A stretch of DNA of 58,224 bases, filler included, from Platydemus manokwari (taxonomy: Eukaryota), in NCBI GenBank assembly GCA_037951405.1. It is 5 parts of 5 records of this genome, joined end to end, with 100 filler letters (N's around TTAATTAATTAA, not from the genome) between each part and the next. Parts side by side here need not be neighbours in the genome. Positions count along the whole stretch, not along the records: positions 42,582 to 58,224 come from JBBMOY011264762.1; 4 more parts are not named here. One strand, written 5' to 3'. This document shows positions 48,901 through 58,224 of this stretch, in pieces. A model generated the notes under the pieces. It ran no database searches. It had not been told where the DNA came from and saw nothing but the letters and a program-made list of their open reading frames with translations. How positions within the stretch are numbered: position 1 is the stretch's first letter; each line of letters opens with the position of its first letter. Position numbers and translations under genes: made by a program.

Positions 48901-51900
48901 GTTCCGCCACAATTATCTGGTGATAAGAAGGAGCGATTTTTGATGAAGAAAAGCACTTTCAAACAAGTGGGACTCCCAAATAAACCACGAAATAAAAAGA
49001 AAAGGTTTACAAATATGAGAAAGACGATTAAATATCTGGAGAAAATCCGTGAAATCAAGCGTGGAAACCATGGAAACGATGATCACAATGAACTGGCAAT
49101 CGATACTGTGACTGATTTGAATGAATATGGGTTCGATCCGTGTGATATAAGCATTAAAGGAGTGAATAGAACTGGTGATGGGCGTAACCAAGGCGACAGA
49201 TATATTAGTGATGTAATAGTTGATGATAAAGTCAGCCTCACTACGTCTGATCAGGATTCTCCTACAGCCACTAGCAAGAATACCAGCGGATCTCTCAAAT
49301 TGCGGATAAATTTATCTCATTTGAAAGTTGTAGCAACCACAATAGTGAGGTCACCTGAACCACCTCCACCTCCTTTATCTATTACTAGTAGGCCAGTAAA
49401 AATCACCAAATCATCGATTAGGCGTAACAAGAACAAGTCTAATTTAAATGCCATCGCTCCACTCGTACAAAGGCAGGTCAAAAAACATGCTGAATTAAGC
49501 ACCAAACGAATATTTTGCACTCGCAAAGAAGATCGGCGAAGTAGCGCACTCAACACGACATCCAGTGCCAGTCCGAATAAACATCGCAAACAATCACCAT
49601 GTAAAAATAAACGCGCTAAATCCTTACCAGATCATCCGCCACTGATATTGAAGCTTTGCACCAAAAAATCAGACCCACCAATTGCTGCTGTTGCGGCGGC
49701 GGCGGCAGCGGCGGTGACCCAAGTGGATTTACCAATTATAAATGCGTCACCCATCAATCATTCATTATTAGCACCGCCACAAACCACAGGAAATCTCAAA
49801 TTACGATTGAGGAGATCACAAGATTATGTTTATACCAACCAATCACAAATCGCCAAAGAAACAACAATTGGTGCTCATATTGAAACAATAACAATAGCCA
49901 ATACTTATGAATTCAGTCCAGCAGTTAATCTTGCTCCTCCAATTCATCATCGACCCAGACCACAACTTGCAGCTCTTCAATTCAGTCCAGCTCATTCTAG
50001 TAGTGATAGCGAGGTTGATGATGCTCATAATGAAATCAGTAGTTTATTACAACGCCAGGAACAACGTGATCCCATTTCATCAACAGTTGATAATGGTGCA
50101 GGTAATGCCGGTGGTCATGGCAACGGTGCCAGTGGTCATGGTAATGGTGCTGGTCCAATAGATTGTTCCAATAATCATCATCATCACCATCATCACCACC
50201 ATTCTCATCATCATCATCATCATTCAAACAATTTCCCACAATTACCAGTGCCATATCTTGTTGGTAGCGATCCAACAGTATTTATTGATCCACATGAATT
50301 CGATATGATTGTTGTCAAGAATTCCAAATATAAGAAAATGTCTCAACGTGATCATTCAATCAATGACATGACATCTGCAATGATGGTTGATGTTGTTAAT
50401 GATTCAATCAATCATAATCATCATAATCATAATCATAACAACAACAATAATAATAATAATAACAATAATAATAATGAATTATTTGTTCCGGGATGTTTTA
50501 TTGAACAAGATAAAACATCATCTCATATTCCATCATGGAATCATTCGAGTCCATCAATGCCAGTTCTAGCACCACAAGAACCATTCACGACAACTACTGG
50601 TGATCATGGTGGTAAATCATCATCATCATCATCATCTCATGTTGCTTTAACATATGAATATAGGTGAGGATTATTTATTTCAATAATCAATGTGTGTGTG
50701 TGTATGTGTGCGTGTGTGTGTGCATTAATATGATATATTGATTAATAATATTGATTAATTATTGATTTTTTATATATTTCATTGAATGATTGATTTCATT
50801 AATCAATATCAATAGCAATATCAATATTTTCTATTCAGTAATCAATCAACACAAATCAATCAAACCAATCAACAATCATATACTACTGATCAATCAGATC
50901 GATTACAACAATCACCATTATGTATGACCACATCTAATAATCCTCAAACATCAGCTCAGTATTCCACATCACAACAAAATGATATGCGACAAGATCCAAT
51001 CAAATCACCATATCATCATTCATCATATTATCAACAACAATCATATAATGGGTCTTGTTATCTCAATGATAACACTGTTGCTACTGGTTCTTCAGATCAA
51101 TCCCGATCAGTTCAGAAAACTCAAACTCATTCGTCACCTGCTGCTGCTGCTGCCGCTGCCGGAGCTTTGCAGACCTCTAGTTGCTCGTCACATGTTCAAG
51201 ATTATCCACTTTACTTCCAGAATTCTAGTCAGATACAGGTTTGTGATTTATTGATTTATATTGATATGATTAATTAATTAATTATTGATTAAGTTTTCAT
51301 TGATATTGATATGATTAATTAATTATTGATTAATATTAATTTGATTTTCATTATTATTTATTGATTAATTATTGATTTGATTAACATTGATTTCGTTTTC
51401 ATTAATATTGATTGATTAATTAATTATTGATTAACATTGATTTGATTTTCATTAATATTAATTAATTAATTATTGATTTAGATTTCATTAATATTTATTG
51501 ATTTATATTGATTTGATTTTCATTCATATTAATTAATTAATTATTGATTTAGATTTCATTGATATTTATTGATTAACTGTTATATTGCACTATTTATATT
51601 CTACACGATATTGTCATTTATTCATTAACTATCCGTTAGTTATTACCTGTTATTGATTTGCTTAAGTGTCATTTGTTAGCAGCTATTGATTAACTATTAT
51701 TAATTAACTATTATTAATTAACTATTAGTCATTGATTATTATTAATTAACTATTAATGATTATGCTATTTATACCATTCCCGGCATTGGCATTTATTGAT
51801 AATACTTGATTAATTAATATTGATTGATTAACTGTTCTATTTGCACCGCTTATAATCTACATGACACTGTCATTTATTGATTAACTGTCTTCAATGATCT

Positions 51901-52822
51901 ATTATTGATTAATTACTAATGATTGATTATCATTGATTGATTTTATTAATTATTTCCATTCACGTGATATTATTGATCAATTATTTCATCTTGGTGAATG
52001 TCGAGAACAGTGGTGACTAAATCGATATGTGTAGCCATTATCACCCCGACATCATCATTTTTAATAAATATCACTGCAATATGGCGACGTCGGTGCGACT
52101 CTACATTATTTGGTGGGGAGTGTATTGATATGTATATCTCTGTTCGGTATTGTCGCCAGTGATTTAGTTCTATTTATTTTCACTTCTCATCAACTTGCTT
52201 ATCTCTCATCATTTATATCACATTTCAGTCGCTTGCCTCATCTGATACCGCTTCTTTCTCTTCCATATCGTTGTCATCATCAGTCTACCAGCCGATATCT
52301 GATCACCAATCAACGAAACATTCGAATTCGAAACGGTCGAGCTCCAGTCGATCTCACGTTTCTGAACAAACTGCATCAAAGAAGCGTAAAGAGCCTCAAA
52401 CATCGTTGCAGTTGCCCGTCTACTCGAATAATGCAGACATTTACAACGCAGCGGCCCAATATCAAAACTTCGATTATTACCCTAATGGATTCAGTGAGAT
52501 CATGAATAATATCGATCGCGCAAAGATCTACGAGCAATGGTCGAATATCGGCCAACTCTGTCCATCAAATCTACCTTGGATGGCTGAATACTGCAAGCAA
52601 GCCGCCAATCTTATGCCGACAGGCGTCTCTGCTCCTTCATCTGGCTTTGGCTTACCCAACTCGAATCCTCTGTCTCTGACATCCAATCTGCACGGGGCTG
52701 ATTATTCATCGGATATTTCTCACTCTGTCGATTCTCTAAAACCTCTCTCATATTTGGACCCTTACACAGCTTATGCCATGGCCCAGCCGTACATGTACTC
52801 GGCCTTTGGGATGCCCAAGTAG
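45907..52822 (+). CDS. Large low-complexity, probably nuclear protein of unknown family (about 1,870 aa)
   Basis: Phase-consistent exons 45907-45952, 45999-46393, 46442-46560, 46608-50663, 50839-51238 and 52229-52822. The 4-kb stop-free exon has polyQ, G, S, H, N and A tracts and basic NLS-like clusters (KPRNKKKRF, KHRKQSPCKNKR). The last exon adds SKKRK. No recognisable catalytic domain. Confidence 0.8.
50691..50722. repeat. (TG)n microsatellite in an intron
   Basis: TGTGTGTGTGTGTATGTGTGCGTGTGTGTGTG. Confidence 0.85.
51245..51960. repeat. AT-rich low-complexity/minisatellite-like intron tract with internal duplications
   Basis: Recurrent ATTGATTAATTAATT and TTTCATTAATATT units. A 63-bp diverged direct repeat lies at 51571-51633 and 51826-51889. 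Confidence 0.75.
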
Positions 52823-55800
52823 CACTCAGATCTCATACAGTCTCATTTCAAGCCAAGCACCAAGTGATACATCGTCAGTATTAACACTGCCCTTACCTTG
52901 AAAAGAGTTCTTTTCATCTCCGTCTCTATGTATAAAGATGTGGCGGCCTGCCGTCAATGTGTATATGTATATATCGATTATATTATCTTTCACTATTCCT
53001 ATCAAGAGTTATTACTGAGCGCGCGCATCAATATGTTTGTGGTTTCGATTACTGTGGAAACAGTTTGTACACAACTTTAGTTTGACTAGTTTATTAATGA
53101 ATATATTGTTCGAATCTCTTTCTCATTTATTCAATTTATTCCATTATTAATAATCGATATATGTGACAAATTCCTGTAACAGCCATTGATATTGTTATTG
53201 ATCATTTCAAAATTAAATAATCATGCTTTATTGGTTTGTATATCGTGACATTGACAAGATTACTTTCTCACAATCATCTCAACCAATTATTAATAAATTA
53301 TTTATTAAATACGACGCAATTTTGTATCAGTTGAATTTGTTTTTTACTTGTTGATCAGACTGTTTCTTCATGAAAATTCATTCATTGGAACAGATAAATC
53401 AAATGAGATATTATTCCAGTAAAATTGCATGGTTATTGATGATGAAATAAATAGCAATCATATGAAACATTTATTGAAATCTTGTCAAGATGAATGAGAT
53501 GATTAGTTGTGAATTATTATTACTGACAATCTTTCAATAGTAACGCTAATTGAGTCATATAAATATATTTTATTCAAGTACCATAACGTCATCAAATTAT
53601 CACACCGTTGTATGTGTTTGGTTAAATTTTTATTTTTTCCATCACTTTATTCAACAGTAATTGTTAAATATTCATCTCAGTCAATTTGTATTTAGAAATA
53701 TATTTTATGTATAATTCATGGTTTGTGCTTGAGGTTTGGCAAATATTTCGTCAAAAGCAAACAGAAAATCAATGCCAAAAAATATTCAAACACAACAAAT
53801 CATCATCATGCACACACACTATCACGCACACACACATATCTTTTCGAATACTAGCATGCTACAGATCGGCATGTACATTTACCGTCAGATTACGTAATCG
53901 AACAAAATTGACTAATCAAATACACTCAATTCAAATCAATCAAAGCAATCTATTTGAAATTCACAAAAAACTCCAAATCATACACAGTATATAAAAATCC
54001 ACGTAATCACTGGTGAACTGTTGGCATATTATGAATCAAATAAATTAATATTAAATATTGCTCTTAATTTTCAAAGATAAAATCTTCATATGATGGATTG
54101 AATAAAGTATTGCATATTTGAAACTGGCTAAATGATTTCATTGATAATGTATTAATTTAGAAATCTTTCATAATTGTCAAATATTATTTCAATTATTTTC
54201 TTTATCTATAATATTCATTTACAAATCATTTCTATTATTAATCAATAAATAAATTTATAGATAATCATTATAGTTAAATATCATGGTTAGGATTTATTAA
54301 ACAAAATTATATATATTTATTAGAAATTATTAAATTTTTGGATTTAATAAATAATATATTGATGCTCTTTGGTTGAAAGAGTCCGAATATAATGATTGGA
54401 GAAAAGCTTTATCAAACATATGGAAATATGATAGATAACCGTGTTTATTAAAATGCAAAACACTTTGTTAAGCACATTAATTTTCAAAAATTCTTCCTTT
54501 ACCATTCATAGAATGGCTGATATACTATTTCTATACAATATAGTCACTGTAATATACACTATCAAAATTGATATTTATAATTATTGGAGTTGATTTTTGG
54601 TATCTTCGTTGAAGGAACAAAGCTGATGAAAAAAGATCATGTAGGGTATAGGCTGCAAGAGAGCATGAGCAGGTCATCTAGCCATGAGAAATGATGAAGG
54701 CCATTAAAGAGCTGAAGACTCATTGCGTTAATGCTCTGAACGAATCTTTAAGAACGCATATATATGGAACTCGAAGGCGTTGAAGCCCAATGTCCTATGT
54801 AGAACAATACCAAAAAGTATCAATAAAGTGACACAAGGTACAAAATGGAGGCTTTGATGCATCGGTAAAAACCTTCAACAGTAAATCCAAAAATGTAAAA
54901 AGTACCAACTAGGGATCAAAGAAAAGGAAACATCAAAAATGGACGGCAAGAAGTACGAAGACCCATGACCTAGATTCAAAAATTCTGGAAGGTAGACATT
55001 GATGAGTCAAGATCAATGAACCAAAGTTAGAGGATAATTTGTATACCATTACATATCTGACAATTTATCTTGAGATTATTAAGTTTCATCTTTGAATAAA
55101 AATATGCACTTTTTGATAATTTTATCTGAAAATCTCTTGTGCCAATTTATCTTTATTTTAAATGTTTATGATTATGTTTTTTGTCTTTTCTTTAATGTAT
55201 AGAAATATTTGAACCCGTAATGTACACGTATTAATAATAATTATAATAATAATAATTATTATATTATGATGTTTTTAGTAAAAGGAAAAATGGTAATATA
55301 TGCAGTTGTATTACAGCAATGATCAAATATAGACGAAAATAATATAATATATTTAATACCTAAAAAGAACATAGTTAATAAATAATGATATCTATTTATA
55401 GTAATTTTTATAAAACCTGATATTCAAGTCATGACATAAAATAAATGAATCATCTTTAAAAATAAGATTAGTCATCAGGGAATAGAGGGTCAAAACTAAT
55501 AAGCATATGAATCTGATACAATCATGAAATCAGGTAGGGCGCTACAACAGCCTCGATGATTAAATGTAATAGCAAAAAATAAAATGAATTTTTATAGGAC
55601 CAAATTCGAAAAATAAAACAACTTCAACAAAAAACCCAATATAAATACACAACCTGGAACTGGTAGAGACACAATTTATTACGACGACAAAGTTGCTGAC
55701 CAACACAAACTCTCTCTATTATCAAATGTAGGGGCGACATGCATGAACACATGAATAAAATAATTCAAAAAAATAATATGAGCGTAGAATGATGAAATAC

Positions 55801-57490
55801 AAGTTATAACCGATTAAAAATTTTATTTTTCATTTTGTATAAAAATAAAAAATTTCGCCACTGAGATGAGTTTTATTACTGTTACATAAATATATTCGGT
55901 TTTTTAGATTTTAGCCTGGTAATTGATGAAAAACAGGGTAATTGCGGAGCAAGAACATTGGACTAAAGAGAACCACACAGTGAACATATTCATGCCTGTG
56001 AAAACTGACTAAGACTTACAAAATTTGGACTACAAAAACCAGAATTTTGGACTTTGATTTTCAAAGGAGAAATTTTTATGTTTTGAAATAAATCTTCGCA
56101 TTTTCAAAACAAGTGGTCTTGGAAACACTAAAGAAATTTTAAATTTAAATCACCATGGTAGCATAATAAATAATCATAAAAAAACAGAAATCAATAATCA
56201 CTTCCACACATTAGAGAACTATATAAGCCATCAGCTAAGAACAAAAAACTCACAATTTTAATGCATAAATTACAGCACAAAATTTTCTCTTACAAATTTG
56301 GGTACGTGTTGATAAGCGCCGGAATTCATTTGACTCTGTACATTCAATTCTGACTAAATCAGTTACCATTCTCAAGCAGCATTCACGGAATTTAATTATT
56401 AAGCACATCCAATCAATTATTGGAAAATCATGGTAAATACTATTTTTAACTTTGTCAGTATTTTTGCTTTTATCTCAGAAAAGAAATTCGTTGTGAAATG
56501 TTAATCCATCTACTTCCGCAAAGTCGATACGAATTTGTTAGGCTGTAAAATCACAGCTGCTTATGTTTTCAATATTCGCAGTAGATTGCCATTAGTTCTC
56601 TCCGGTGATTTTTATCATGTTCCGGACATTATAGCTTTGCCTCTTTTGAACATATACATCACCTATTGGTTAATGTTTATTATAAAATATCTTATTGCTA
56701 TCAGAATTTGTTTATTATTATAATAATTGTATTTTATTGCACGTAACCTATTAATATGTTAGGAGCCAGATCTTTGTTGGAATAATCATCAAATATCTCT
56801 TTTAACAACTCCTACTAAATCACACAGTGGTTTATTGATAAATCATTGTTGAATTATTCTTAACCTTCACCAAATCCCATCAATATTTAGCGAGTATAGT
56901 CATTTGGGATAGGTCAGATAACAAGAATTTTGCTGATTTTCAAATTATTGTTGATATAAATAATAACGTCTTTGTTACTATGGTAAATTGCGAATAAACA
57001 TTTTATTTATTTGTTAAACAAGCCTTTTGACTCGAAACTGATACGTAATATTTCATATTTTGTAAGAATAAATATAAAATTTTGGTAAATTATTGAAAGT
57101 GCCAAGACCCAATATTTTGAAATCTCTTTTGTGTTATTGAATAAATAACTACAGGACTGCAAAGTTTTTCCTAATCTAGTGGAAAATGAAAATCGTAATT
57201 GCAAATGAAATATAAAATCTTTAAACCAGTTAATATCAGAATAATTTTCCTCTCATTAAAAATAAATTTTTTCTTTAAATTTCTGGAATCATTTATCAAA
57301 CAAGCACAATCATTGGAAATCAACACAATTATATTGTTAGATATGCCAATGGAAAATACAGATAAAATAATAATAATAATTAAAAATTAAAAAAATAATT
57401 TGACCATAAACTATTAAAAGGATAATTGAAAGACAGGTAAAGAAAACTGCGATATATTAATATTTATTTATTCAACAAATCCAACATATA

Positions 57491-57710
57491 CAGGGTGCCC
57501 AAAAAGTAGGTTTACAATTATTAAAGTGTGCTTGTCAGAATGCCCTGCAGATATTTGAAGAATGTTGTGATGCTGAATGAGGATATTTTGAGCATCTGAG
57601 AGATTAAATTATTTATGTTAACAGGTATAACAAATTTCCCGCTGTTCTGGTGTTGAATTTTCAAATAAATAGTCAACGTGATAACTGTAAACCTACTTTT
57701 GGCCACCCTG
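57491..57710. mobile_element. 220-bp Tc1/mariner-superfamily MITE
   Basis: TIRs of about 30 bp: CAGGGTGCCCAAAAAGTAGGTTTACAATTAT and, as reverse complement, CAGGGTGGCCAAAAGTAGGTTTACAGTTAT. TA flanks both ends; no transposase inside. Confidence 0.85.
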
Positions 57711-57814
57711 TATATGTTGGATTTGTTGAATAAATAAATATTAATACTATTTCTACTATTTTTATAACACATATTGTCATGAACAGATTCAGAAATATCG
57801 TTATTAATTTTCTA

Positions 57815-58020
57815 GGAATCAGCTATTTTAATGGTGAAGATGTGGAAGAATTTCTTTTATCGGTGGATGAACAACGCAAATTCCTGAAAATTTGAAAAGT
57901 TAGTTTCCATGGAATTACATAGATCCTGGTGTAAAATCTGAAATAAAATCCGATTTAAATTACACAGGCTATTTATTTTCAATTAAGAAAATTTTAGTCC
58001 AGATATACAAAAAGAAAAGT
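57815..58020 (+). mobile_element. Possible decayed LTR-retrotransposon gag fragment
   Basis: GISYFNGEDVEEFLLSVD resembles the F.G...E.FL start of gypsy capsid proteins. Stops and frameshifts follow. Confidence 0.3.
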
Positions 58021-58224
58021 CGGAAATTACACCATATATGGTGGTCAGGACACTTTATCAACGACCATTAGATTCCATCAGACTTTTCAAAAAAATGTTC
58101 GTGTTTCTGGTTGCCTTTGTTTATTTGTATTATCAGTCTCTATATTAAATTTTATTGTGAATCAATGCCGACTTGATCAGTCTCTGTGAGCTCTGACCAA
58201 CCCCTTAAGGTACACAAATTAAAC

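Noticed and set aside
46745-50569. Many antisense and alternate-frame ORFs (poly-M, V, D, I, H) over the large exon
   Set aside because: These are shadow ORFs produced by trinucleotide repeats in the real coding frame.
54600-55030. Purine-rich, GC-richer patch, possibly a TE or gene relic
   Set aside because: I found no open frame or recognisable motif, so it cannot be classified.
1-58224. tRNA, rRNA, snRNA genes or CRISPR arrays
   Set aside because: No cloverleaf/T-loop context, rRNA or snRNA signature, or regular repeat-spacer array was seen by eye. An Infernal/tRNAscan run would be needed to exclude them.

Overview
AT-rich eukaryotic DNA, most likely animal: it has a Runx gene, a RAD54L2/ARIP4 helicase and GT-AG introns, many only 41-59 nt. 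The window is not one contiguous locus. Four artificial 100-bp spacers (44N-TTAATTAATTAA-44N) join five contigs: 1-9222, 9323-20856, 20957-29814, 29915-42481 and 42582-58224. Splicing by hand with consistent phases gives six protein genes: (1) exon 1 of a type I L-asparaginase (ASPG-like); (2) the 3' part (8 exons) of RAD54L2/ARIP4; (3) a complete SBDS with a long charged C-terminal extension; (4) a compact, divergent Runx ending in IWRPF; (5) a CUE-CUE-Smr (N4BP2/Cue2-like) nuclease with no visible kinase domain; (6) a roughly 1,870-aa low-complexity orphan protein. The intergenic DNA holds transposon relics: an Hsmar1-like mariner 3' end, a non-LTR element with Ulp1-like protease and RT motifs, a Ty3/gypsy element, possible Penelope and gag fragments, and a MITE inside a perfect 36-bp inverted duplication. 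Several decayed gene-like fragments are also present. I found no prokaryotic-type system, CRISPR array, tRNA or rRNA. All family calls come from motif recognition by eye, not from database searches.
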